Below are positions 12,601 to 23,799 of a stretch of DNA of 64,000 nucleotides, one piece after another (the stretch's first letter is position 1; every line of letters starts with the position of its first letter). The notes under the pieces were generated by a model. That model was given only the letters and a program-made list of their open reading frames with translations. It ran no database searches and had not been told where the DNA came from. Source of the DNA: Phoronis australis (taxonomy: Eukaryota > Animalia > Phoronida); contig NMRA01000003.1 in assembly GCA_002633005.1 (NCBI GenBank), positions 1,978,727 through 2,042,726 on the forward strand, given 5' to 3'. Made by a program: the position numbers and the translations under genes.

Positions 12601-15600
12601 ACATGGTTCATATCGATCCAATGACTACCCCTCGGCACTTCCACCAAAACTGTGTTAGCATTTTATGAGTTCCGCATGCGACCACCTGTTTCCACCAGAC
12701 CATTGTTCTAAATGAACTGCAAGTTTCGCTCTGTTAGAGTTTATATAATTTCATTGTTAAACGTAACTCCTAATCGTAAGCAGTCGTCACTCACAGCTCG
12801 TTCTCTGTTACATATCACTGTCGAATTAAACCACCTGTTGGCGGCAGCTTGCAGACGAAACTCGAAACTTATCTTCAAGTGGTCCACAACATAAGTGTTC
12901 CCACCCAATGTGTTTATTTTGATACAGATCGGTGTTAAATTTTTATCACCAAATAACTGTTATATCGAAGAAGTCTGAAGCCCGCAAATGCATCTCCCAT
13001 CTAGGTTGATTGAAACATCAAAATATAACCAGACAAAACAACCGGCTGTCCGACTATAGAAAAGTTTGACGTTCTATGTCCTGCTTTATTAACTGAGAGA
13101 ACTACAAGTACTTGAACAACTAGTCATTATTAGATTATTACACTTTGGCCAGCGGGTTATGACGGAGAAGTTGATGTGAATCAGGACTAGGAAACCACGT
13201 GAAACGTGTGGGAACAGACATTTGGAAAGATGCCAGTGTTTTTCGTTGAAAGAGCTCAAATGTGCAATTGAAGAAAGGAAACGTTGAATCTTTTATACTT
13301 TTGACAAGAAGCCAACAGAGGTGTACCAGAGAAGTAGTACCATGAACAACCACGCGACAAAATTGGGGCAATTTTCGTCGGTCGCTTTTAACCGCGGAAA
13401 TGTGAAAACTAACGGAAGGTTCTTAAAATGAAAACCACCTCTTTAAAAACAATATCGTCACTGTGCCTCGAGTGCATATATATTCACCCAGCACAAAGTG
13501 CAAATAATTAAAACCGTTTCATAAGTCAGTGGGGCATCCAATTAAAGCCACAACGTACCAGTTTCCGGCAATGTTATGTCGCTACACGCAGGCCTACCTA
13601 CGTCATCATGTTTATACACCGAAAGCAACATGACGTAATTAGGTACGGAGAAAAGAATGGCTCCCTGCCAAAATTTTAATTGAACTATATTTCATGTAAT
13701 AAGGCCACTTGCCCACATTGCAAAAATAACATATTAACAATTGCGTACATATAAGCACACATCGTTCAGGGATGCTGCTGCATGATCCCGCATGCGTTGG
13801 ACTTTATAAAGGAGAACAAACGCAACAGTTTTCGATGCGACGTTTAGCAAAAATAGAGATACCTGGTAAAATTGAAAGTGCGTTTTTCCTATGTTAACTG
13901 CGATTCCCTTGCGTGTATTTTCTAGCCTTCAGACAATAGAAAGTGACATGAATAGCCCACAAGTAAGTGTCCGTGCCTTTTGTACATTCCCTTTGATTTA
14001 GTAAGCACCATGTCCCATACGATATTGAACACAGCCTGTGTCAGGCATCTGTGGGAGTAAATGTAGAAAGCAAAATGGAGATCTTTGGCAGGGCCGTTTA
14101 CTTCATTTTTTTCGTTCCACTTACGCGTTCACGCCAAGGAAACAATAATTAACAGGGAAAATGCCTGTCCAAGATAACCAATGATCTTTCATTTTACTAA
14201 AATAAAACAAAAAACGACCGCTTCCCCTTTTACGGGAAAAGCTTCTAACCTTTCTTTGGTTTTGTTCCAGCTGATAATAAAATTATAATCTTATGGCTGG
14301 ATAGGTTTGCTAGGTAGGTGATCCAAGTAATTACTGGGAGCTGCAACTTAGTTAGGCATCAAAAAGATCACAGGCCACATGACATGCTCAGACTGCCCTA
14401 AGTGTGGCGTGGAAGTTAAGGCATTCCAGCATTTAGAGGAAATGTGCCCTGTTTACCAAAGGCTTTGAAGCCCTCTTACTCAGTGGACACATTACTTGGT
14501 TTAATAGTCTTAGAAAAATAGGCAGATTTGAGTTAATCCATGAGGAACCCCTCACTGAAGGATCCATGAGTCATAATTAAGTGATCGGTGCAATAAGTCC
14601 AGCCGTGTGGCTTAAGCATGCCTGGCGTCACCGCAAAAGGCATCAGGCAGCTTGCTACTCTCCTAATTTGACTTGAAAATATCAATTCTTTGCGGTGATT
14701 ATAAACAATGGTTTTCCTATCAGCATTTCGGCGTTAATTACGATTCCTCAGACTGCCCATTTGCATGCAGCAAAAGGGAAGTGACATACGAGTGCAACAA
14801 TCGTGCGTAGCAGCATCATTCCAGTGACGTAGACGACTCAATGAGTGACTCACACCTTGTTTCTTTCATCGAAATAGTAATTAATGCTGAATCATGTCTC
14901 TAAACGTTGACTTGTTTATAAAGAAACGAAATCAAAAGTACATTTTACTGATTTGTCAGCTTGCATTAACGGAAAGTTCTTATTTCCACAGAAAGAAAAC
15001 CAAAAGCGTATTTTCCTGATTTAGTAGCTGACATTAGCGGAAAGTTCTCATTTTCCACCAGTTACACGTTCAGAGTTCAGACATACCAAATGCCGTTTTT
15101 ATGCATACCGTTTACTTGATTTTTTTAATCTTCGACAAATGGAAGGATCAGCAAAGTAGATAGATAGACCAGTCTCAAATTGCGGAAAACATTTAAACAG
15201 TTTTATCAACTTCGTGCTTTACAAGCAACTGTGATACAATAAAGTTTGCGTTTCCGTATCATTAGACGACTTTTTTATTCCGACATTCACCAACAAGTCT
15301 CAGAAATCTTTTACATTATTAACACTTTCTCATCATTGAACAGAAACAAACATGCCTATACACTACATTAGACGGGTAACAGAATGACAAGAAAACGCGT
15401 TTTGAATTAATTTAAAGCCACTGTTTGGAAAACATTTGTAGATGACTTAATCCAAAAGAGATTACAAAAGCTCACATCTACGATGTTGCACGGCTCACGT
15501 GGCGTAGCAAACGATGTTTATATTTTCCCTCTTTGAATGCACTGTCGCAAGAATCTTGCGCATTTTGTTACCATTAAAATAATTACATCTGAAAAGTACA

Positions 15601-15729
15601 TGAACTGATCTTACACACAAAAATACACATACCATGGCGCTGTTTCGATTCTGTCCAATAGTCGGCTGCATTCGTGGAGACGAGAAAAACAGACAAAACA
15701 GCTGCCAGCGAGGCCCAGTTCTTGCCCAT
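686..15729 (-). CDS. ADAMTS-like secreted zinc metalloprotease (M12B): signal peptide, pro-domain, catalytic domain, disintegrin-like domain, TSP1 repeat; 3' end uncertain
   Basis: Phase-compatible GT-AG exons on the minus strand: 15729-15633 ([25 protein letters not shown].., signal peptide), 6549-6414 (..[11 protein letters not shown]), 6133-5962 (..CTFSGHV..ASISLCG), 4960-4777 ([16 protein letters not shown]), 4093-3933 (furin site [16 protein letters not shown]), 3463-3380, 3279-3146, 2910-2782 (..IAHELGHS), 2575-2423 (LGMDHD..SIMG Met-turn..WSKCS), 2069-1940 (CLLDAP..LPGQ), possible 1308-1300, 1128-994, 889-686 ([25 protein letters not shown]). The HExxHxxGxxHD motif and domain order are diagnostic of ADAMTS. 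Possible terminal exon 536-459. Confidence 0.9.
2253..2403. mobile_element. Dimeric GC-rich MITE-like element (family A, copy 1), contains a 13-N gap
   Basis: Two ~75-bp units, each bounded by CATG(G/A)GCGGC.. and ..GGTGCAC..C(C/T)AT(A/G), joined by GAC; same architecture as 6806-6955. Confidence 0.6.
4133..4290 (+). mobile_element. MITE (family B, copy 1)
   Basis: Inverted termini CAGTGGCGGATT...GATCCGCCCCTG; internal GTGCGAATGTCTGACGGGCAAAATCCTGG is shared with the reverse-oriented copy at 8806-8965. Confidence 0.75.
6806..6955. mobile_element. Dimeric MITE-like element (family A, copy 2) inserted in a (TAGG)n microsatellite
   Basis: CATGAGTGGCGCAGCACTGAAAAAAGTGG..GCTATAGCCCCCC..TGCAACGCTCATA-GAC-CATGTGCGCCGGAGCACTGAAAAAAGTGG..TGCGCCCCCATG; TAGG/TAGA repeats flank it at ~6772-6803 and ~6956-7000. 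Confidence 0.65.
8806..8965 (-). mobile_element. MITE (family B, copy 2)
   Basis: AGGGCGGATCC...AAATCCGCCACTG termini; internal sequence is the reverse complement of that in 4133-4290. Confidence 0.75.
9300..9560 (-). mobile_element. Degenerate non-LTR retrotransposon (LINE) ORF2 C-terminal fragment
   Basis: The minus strand at ~9535-9390 translates [46 protein letters not shown], matching the IExGRxxxIPRxERxCxxC..IEDExHFxxxCP zinc-knuckle end of LINE ORF2 with the first two Cys mutated. Confidence 0.75.
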
Positions 15730-15856
15730 CTTCTCTTCAGCGTCTAGCGGACCGGAATGAGCAGCCTGGATGAATTCACGCTGGTTTAAAAATCAGCAGA
15801 CGATCTACAGATGGTTACTTAGCAACCAAAGCTGGCAGGCTCTTGGAAGGTTTCAA

Positions 15857-15866
15857 CTTATATAAA
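15857..15866 (-). promoter_or_regulatory. TATA box of the ADAMTS-like gene
   Basis: TATATAAG on the minus strand ~130 nt upstream of the signal-peptide ATG (15729); AP-1 site TGACTCA at 15988-15994 further upstream. Confidence 0.55.
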
Positions 15867-17999
15867 AATCAGTGGTAAGCTCTCCGTTAACTCTCGGTCT
15901 CCTTTTTATTATTAAAGCGTGTTTCCAATTCTTGCTAACTAAACCATCTGTTCGGAACTACAACTGAAGTTTGCCACCCAGGCACTTTGACTCACAGAAA
16001 TCACTTTGCCTTCTGATTTCACACAGCTGCTTTATGAAGAGGTTCCGTGTCTATTTTGGTTGTTCAACAAAGTGTCCGCGGTGTATTATGACAATTACAA
16101 GTGACCCGTCTAATAAGTCTTAACCTCGGATTCCCCCAAACTACGGGTTCAACTTGACGATTAAATAGGTGTCTCCAGATCATGTTACTGCAGCAACCTG
16201 GTTGACTCGGAAGTATTGGCAACCGTCCGGAAACCTGATAATCAGACCCCGTGACCTGCGAAAACTTGTACCCACTTTCATGCATACTTCAAGCTTTTAA
16301 ACTGCACAAACAGTCTACGTGCGATAAACATATAAAAATAACACAATAGCAAGTTAATTGTACGCACGTTACACGAACCACAAGTGTTCAAGCGCAGCCA
16401 ATGTGCAATTAGTTTGACGTAAGTAAACAAAAGTAAACATCGCAATTGAACTCGGTTACGAAAAAAAAGCCGACATATTGCTCGTGGACTTTTGGCAGAC
16501 ACGAAAAAAATCACATCAAATACGTCTGCACTGTGATACTCGGGTGGGATCCGAGGCAGCGATGCGAGAGTCTGCATGGGACATGACCCTAGAAATTGAG
16601 AATCGTTTTTGGATATTTTACTGTTGTCTAAGAGCACTAAGTTTTCATTTGTTTTAAAAAATAATGTCTGAAAAAACTGCTTGGTAGAACGCTCTCTTGC
16701 AAAGTTAATAAGCGTGCTTGAAACGCAAAAATTCTGTTGCCGCGCCTCTTTCGATATATCATGGAACCTTCTTTTGGGAGAGACAGAGATTGTGACCAAG
16801 AGAAGAAAGTCGTGGCTGTGAAGAAGCATGCTTTGTTTCATTAAAACTTGGAGGACTTTCAATTTAGTTTCAGCATCAGAGATATGTCTAACTTTTGTAG
16901 CTGTTGTGTTTTTGCAAGTTTCTGTGTAATCTAGGAAACACGGGATAACGCAAGAACTTATAACGAACACTGAGATGAATCCTGGAATTGTAGTTTGGTA
17001 CGTAGATGGCAAAATCATTCAGCTGACAACTTGAAGGCAACGTGCGGAAATATATTCGAGTGACACGTAGTATGTGAAACGCCTTGTCCACCCACATTTC
17101 CGTTTGGACTCTGCTGCTTGAAGAGGGAACGACATAATCTCGCCCAAATTTCACCAACCAACGTCAAAATGCACCAAACACCAAGTTTTTAAAGCGTTTA
17201 CCCTAGACGGTCTCAGGGAGGCCGACCCGGACGCGACCAACCTAATTCTAGGGTCGGTTACACGAACGTTATGTCTTCGAGGATCGCGATTGCTTCAAAT
17301 TCGCAAAACAACGAATGGGAGCTGCTGTTTGAGAGGAGAATAATATTGACGTTTTGGAATTTCAACATGCATCGAAATACAAGGAACATGTTTTAAAAGA
17401 TTTGTTTATAATTGACAAAATCACAACTTTTAGTCCATTTTCATAGACGCATAAGAGAGTGAACAAGAAAGAAATGAACATGAGTGATCCCAGTGGCATT
17501 TTTCTGCATGTTGAGATGCGAGGTTTTATTTAAATCCGTATTTTGCAATGACATAGGCATGCACACAAGTGCCGGTCCATTGGCGGCGATCCTTCGTGGC
17601 AGTCGAGGTATATATACTAGGGATTTTAAAGCTCTGAGCCCTTCCCAAAAATTTAGTAGGCATATTAACGTGAATGCTGTTGTATTCAAAAGAAAGCCGC
17701 CGTCAGTAAAACTTACAAATAATTAATGCCGGATTAAGGGTTTGCGGGGTCTCCAATCTATCTCAGTGACGCGTTTATGACGGGGTGACCAAATTGCTCC
17801 CCACCCCCTAGGAGTGCAGCAAAGCGATGAACGCCACAACAAACCCCACAGCTAAGACGCTAAAATTTCCTCAGAATATGTGGACTTTTAATAATTTCAA
17901 ATGGTAATGAGTGATTTTGAATCCAATCTTAAAAAATCACCTCTCGACAAAAAATCATAAAGAGTTTTTCTGTTAATGTCTACATGGAATAAAACAATT

Positions 18000-18500
18000 G
18001 ATTCATTTTCATGTCTATTAAGGTCAATGAAATGCATTTAATGTCGCTATGACTTTGAAAATGACGTCAAAGTCACCAAAATCAACTGGCGCCTTAAGAT
18101 GCTCGACCTACGTCTCGGAATAGAATGTGAACAAAATCTAAAGCATCCTTTGTAAGACATTTAATTTTCTTGATGTGACCTTAAAATGACCTTGAAAATG
18201 ATGTCAAGGTCACCAAAATCGAGTGGCATCTGGAGATGCTTCATCTGCACCTCCATGCAAAATATGAACAAAACCTAAAACTTCCCTCTTGAGATATCGC
18301 GCCATTTTCTACGTAAAATTTTTTTCGCTGAGATCTTCGGGAAATGACGCCAAGGTCGTCAAAATAGGCTGGCTCCTGCAAGTGCACTGCAACCCCTACA
18401 CCTCGGTAAACTGAATGAAAACGAAATCTAAAGCACAGACAGACCTCAGGAATTTCCGAGATCAGAGTCGAAAACGCCAATTTTGAGGGTCATGGAAAAT
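18000..18500. repeat. ~140-bp tandem array (about 3 diverged units) typical of non-autonomous elements with a central satellite
   Basis: Unit GACCTTGAAAATGACGTCAAGGTCACCAAAAT..TGAACAAAATCTAAAGCA recurs at ~18050, ~18189 and ~18332. Confidence 0.65.
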
Positions 18501-19589
18501 CACAACTAAACAAACTGGGAGTAGCAAAGTAGCAGCTGCCAAAACAACTTTCAAGAGACAACCTAACAATAATATTAACGTATATAGAGTGGTTACAAAA
18601 TATAGTATACATTTTTATTAAAGATAAAAAGTCAAATAACACACATGCTCAATGAAAATCTCCTTGTCTTAATAAATCACGTCCCTTCATATTTGCATAG
18701 AAAATGATCAGTGGAGATCAGTCAACTGTCTATTCCATTTAACAGCTATATGCAGGATGTCTGGTCTATGATGGACCAAGACAAAACAACACGAGTAAGA
18801 CTCTCATCACAAAGCGATATTACAGAAAGAAATTACAGACTAGTCACCGAGAGATTGATAATCTGGCGAACACTGAGCATGACAAAGGATACATGCAATA
18901 GCGTAATTAGGAACAGAAAAAACATACAAATAAAGACAAAAACAAGACATAATATAATACAATACTGAAAAAGCATTGCATATTAAACTAATTTCCCAAA
19001 TATTTTTCGTAATAAAAATAATCCTAAAACATTTGGTATCTTTACAAAGAACAATCTATTATTGATAGAATGGTAAAATTTTAGACTACTAATCTTGAAA
19101 ATTGTATAAATTGTGAACAATCAAATGCGTATGCAGGGTCAAACTCCGAAAACTTGAACACCGGCAACTGGGTTTACTCAAAATTTAGAAAATGTAAAAC
19201 TACGAAAAACAACAAGCCAGTTACGATCTATGCATTTACTTTATTATGAAATGCTGTCAGTTTACCATTCACAACATTCAGGTACTGACATGCTGTGAAT
19301 GGCGTCTTGATAATTAAACTGATGGGGGCTAGTATACAGTAGTTTCGAGCAGAGATTAGACAGCTTTGATCATCTGGCTCATGACTGGTCATATAATGAC
19401 TACAAGCTGTAACTTCGTAGCGAAGGCTGGCACTCCCAACAAGAGCACAGATTGTCCCCTTCATCACAATTACTTGTACATGTTGACTTCTGCCCAGCCA
19501 CAGCAATGCTTTAATAAGCCATTCTCTACCTTATTTTTCATTATAGTATCTGTACACATGCCTACGCTCATGGATCGGAGGCGGACCAA

Positions 19590-20710
19590 ACTATGACCCT
19601 TTAAACGCAGAAATGAAATTAACGAGTTGGGGGAACATCGGGACGCGAGAGCATAGGGCCGGCGGAACATCGGAACGGGAAATATCAGTTGCAAACGATG
19701 GCGGTAAGAAAAAAGGTAGATGTAAACAGTTTTGTGTAATTTGTTTCGACAAAAAACGTGATTTGCTCATTGGCTATTCATCAGTTTGTAGAAGCTCTTG
19801 GTTAAAGCAGGATTGGGACTTGGATGGTGCCAAAGTTGGTGACAAATCGGCCGTTCCTAATGTTGACGAAAATGGTTCGCTGGCGGACATGTTTGATATG
19901 AAAGCGGACTCGACTCCCAGAGATTCGACCCTAGACAAATCGCAGAAGGTATTGGAAGAATTTCTGCGTAGCTCTGCATCCTCGGTCTCTCCATTCCTGG
20001 AGGAACTTACGGATTTTTAACCATGAATGCGGACTCTGAAAACCTTGTAGCTGATCCAGTGTTGGACAGTATGGAGGAGTTGCTACTTGTTAAAAAGTAT
20101 GAGTTTCGGGCTTCCTTTTCGTCTGCTTCTTCCTCAAAGTCCCCGCAGTCTTTCAAAGCCTACACGGAAGCTCATGCTTTAAGAATGGGTATAGAGTGTT
20201 CCTTTTCTTATCTCCAGCAAGCTCTCGGGAAGTTATGCAAAGCTTACAATCAGAGAAATAGCAACTCGAGAAAGTTCTTGGGTCCATGAAGTACGTCTTC
20301 AAAATCTCGATGAGAACCCTTGAACAACTCGAACGTTCTGGGGCTTTTTATAATTTATTTCACCGTTCTGTAGACACCTTTGGTACGGATCTGTCCAAGC
20401 TCTCCAATGCTGGAGTCTGGCATGTTTCAAAGTGCGTTGAATCTTCAGTTGAAAGCCAGAAGGAGCGGAATAAAATTCTAAAGGATTTGGTGCCACGAGA
20501 GTTGAAGTCGACTCTTTTCCAGTAAAGAAGAAATCTTAGTCCTTAGGCACTGACAGAGTTTTCAAAAAGTCTCGCATGGACTTTAAGATTCCAAGACAGT
20601 CTTAAGCAAGAAGACAGAGGAGTGCCGCAGACACGTCCTCTTGTTTTCGTTCCTCCTTTCGAGGCAAAACAGAAAAGAAATGACAAGGTAAGCGGTATCG
20701 CAAAGCTTCC
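19590..20710 (+). mobile_element. Decayed ORF1/gag-like region, probable 5' part of a DIRS element
   Basis: Chain of broken same-strand ORFs (19613-20020, 20023-20289, 20286-20525) without introns, collinear with the DIRS MT/YR remnants at 23800-24870. The assignment is by position and orientation. Confidence 0.45.
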
Positions 20711-20759
20711 ATAGACACTTGTGGGGAGAGATTAATCATTTTTAGGGACGATGGAAACA

Positions 20760-23700
20760 GATAACCACGAATCACTGGGTATTAGCCATTATTTTCCATG
20801 CTGGCCGCCTTGTTTCTCTAGTTGTGGTTAGTTTCGCACAGCATACTGGGATAGTTTGTCAGTCGTCCATATTGAAAATAAACGCAAGTAGTTAACACCT
20901 TTGTGGTCCTATTTTGCACTCGATATATTATGGTAGGCGACGAGGTGAAATGGATTGGACATAATGGCCTCTTAAGGCAAAGTCGAGGACTGAGTTCGAT
21001 GTTGCCTCCGGTGACTGGACTGGACATACGGAGCGGTTAGACAAAAATGGCTAACGAGACAAAGGAAACGGAAGAGACGCAAGCCATTTTGCTCAGTGGT
21101 TGTGGGGCGTTGACGTTAAGCTTTTGACGCTTAATAAACCAAGTGAGACTCCCTATAAGAACCTGGTTAATGCTACAGAGTTACATAGGAATCCTAAACC
21201 TAGTGAAATTGTTCAGCGGTTCAAGTTTCACAGGTGTGTGCGAAACCCAGGAAAGTCTGTGGCGGTTATTGTGTCAGAACTACCGCGTCTGAGTGAGCAC
21301 TGAAATTTTGATACCACTCACAAGTGGTGCTCTGCGATCGGCTGGTGTGTGGGGTGCAGGACGATCGTATCCAGCGTCGGCTGTTAGCAGAATCGGCTTT
21401 GGACTCTAGAGACTGCTCAGGGTCAGGAGACTGCGGCGAAATAATACCCCTGCTTTACGGTCAAAGCTTAAGTTTAACCGCGACACAGGATACCTCCAAG
21501 GCACTTAACAAGGCAAAGATCTTGCTTACGTTGCAATGGGACTGATCGTGATGACTGGAATCTTAAATTCAAGGGAAAGAAATTTTACAGAAGTCCCAAG
21601 CATGGCCACATTTCGTCGGCTTGTTTAGGTCCGCAACCAAACAGGTCAAGTCACAGCGTGCACCATGCATAAGGGGAACAGGCTTAGGAAAGGAGTGATG
21701 AGAACGGTGCGTACGATATGGGACTACTGGTAAATAATTGCCTTGATATCTTAGATGCTCGGTTGACCGCGCCTGGTGAAGCCTATGCACAAGTTAAAGC
21801 AACCCTTGTTGAAATGATAGGTGCTGGGGTTACAAAGACAGCGACCTAGAAGACCACAAGAAGAACGTTAGCACCAAATCAATGTTCAATGAGCAATTAA
21901 ATCTCCACACGACAAATATGTACTTTGAACACAGTTTCAACAATTTTTATTTTACAGATCTCCCACAGATTCATATGTGCGGTGTCGGCGCAGATTTAGA
22001 AACACTTTCCGCAGGTTAGACTGCTTCAAAAGTACACAATTTTCGGGTGCAGAGATTTACCCACCAGCAACATTGACTTTCTAACTGACCATGAACTTGA
22101 AGAGTTAGAGGTAAGCCTGTGCATTCCAGAGTTTTAGATTTTCATAGCGAACACTTATTAGTTAAAACACTATTAACTGTTAAGTTAAAAATCATATTCA
22201 ACACAAAAAATCAAGCTGTCCACTGCTGACTTGGTTCATTTTAGAAAATTAGCTAGCAAATTTACCATTTGTACTTCGGAAAATACAAAAACAGACTCAT
22301 TTTATTCTTTGATTGTAATTAATCCCGTATTTACTTTATAGGAGCTGATGGACCACTTCGCGACTATAGTGAGCAAGGACGACAGACTACACGAATACCA
22401 AACACTCAAATTCCAAATCGTCAAGTGGGGAGACATTTCATTGTCAGAATCACTGAAAAAGATTACGCAACTTCAGCACATCATGCCCAATCTCAGCAAA
22501 ATAATAAAGATTGGAAGACTCATTCCATCATCAACAGCAGGTGAATACAAAATTGAAGTATTCTTTCATCTGAAAATGTATTTATTTAGTAATTATCATC
22601 ATAGAAATTGCACCTTCTTTTGCATTCGGTAATTTGATAGAGCTTCGTTTTAAAAAGAATCTTTTAAATTTCTTTTGCAGATTGTGGAAGAGGCTTCAGC
22701 TGCTTACGAAGAATCAAAACGTGTGCGCGCAATCGGCTGTGTAGCAAGGTGCTACGATACGAAGCCTAGTTGCTGTATCTCTACACGGGAAAGATGCAGG
22801 AGTTTTTGACTTTGATGCTGCCATAGAAAAGTGGGGCTCAATAAGGAATAAACGCATTACGTTGTAAATATTGATAAGAACGAGTTGTAAATTGATTTTT
22901 GTAAATATTGTAAATAAAGTGAGGTGTAAATTAATTGTTATTAAAGATACTTCTTTAAGAAATACCTAATGTATGCATACTTGACATTGACATTGCTGAA
23001 CACATGCTCTTGCATTGGATCAAGTTTTGCGACGACGAAGTCAGGCAGGATTGCGCTAGAAGCGTGACAAATGCACGTTGGAACAACCGCAAGTAGAATA
23101 CCTCGGGTACAAAATTGATAGCAAAGGATTATATCGTGAGCGTGCAATCCACGATGCACCGTAACCTACAAGTACGTGTTACAGAACTAAAAGTTTTTTG
23201 GACTTTCTTAACTATTACAGTATATTTATACCGAATTTTGGGACCCTGTTGGCAACCTTATAGGAGTTACCCCAAAAGAATGTTCAATTGCATTGCAGTA
23301 CCAATCACAAACGGGCATTTGAACACTGTAAAGAGTTGCTGGAGTCGTTTCAAGTATTAGTTCAGTAAGACTTGCAAAAGCCAGTGGTGATGTGTTGCGA
23401 TGCCTCAGTGCTGTGCTCGCCCATGTCAGTGTCAAAAGGGGAGGAACAACCGGTTTGCTTCGCGTCACTAATTAGTATCCACAGAGAAAAATATGCTCAA
23501 CTTGAGAAAAAGAGGCTCTCGCGTGTGCGTGGGGAGTGAAGAAATTTCACAAATATTTGTAAGGTCGACGTTTTGTGATTTACAGCGACCACAAGCCGCT
23601 GAAATCACTAATCGACAGGCGAGAACAATTAAGCACATAACAGTTATGGCTGCAGCGCGTGTACAATGTTGGTGACTGACCTTGTCGTTTACCGTCCGGG

Positions 23701-23790
23701 CAACCAAATAATTACCACGGACTCTCGGTTCTAAAGCACGATATGCTAATTGCTCCCGGTCATATTGCAAACGCTATAAGCCGACAGGTA
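20760..23790 (+). mobile_element. Degenerate Ty3/Gypsy LTR retrotransposon, interrupted by a hAT fragment
   Basis: LTR-like segment with AATAAA ending ~20930, then PBS-like TGGTAGGCGACGAGG. Gag motifs NPKPSEIVQRFKFH and LCDRLVCGVQDDRIQRRLLAE (21100-21400). RT fragment QVEYLGYKIDSKG (~23090). RNase H KYAQLEK/EALACAWGVKKFHKYL*GRRFVIYSDHKPL and MAAARVQCW (23490-23675). Many stops and frameshifts. Confidence 0.85.
21815..22945 (+). pseudogene. 3' fragment of an intron-containing hAT-family (ZNF862-like) transposase gene
   Basis: GT-AG exons 21958-22110, 22342-22540 and 22681-~22868 splice in phase to ..MPNLSKIIKIGRLIPSSTA/DCGRGFSCLRRIKTCARNRL..FDFDAAIEKWGSIRNKRITL*, i.e. the hAT C-terminal dimerisation domain. 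One in-frame stop and a frameshift; AATAAA at ~22913. Confidence 0.8.
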
Positions 23791-23799
23791 GTGAAGGAC

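Noticed and set aside
16278-17018. 246-aa minus-strand ORF upstream of the ADAMTS promoter
   Set aside because: Non-ATG start, no recognisable domain and composition like translated AT-rich non-coding DNA. An acceptor-like site near 16931 exists but no partner exon was found.
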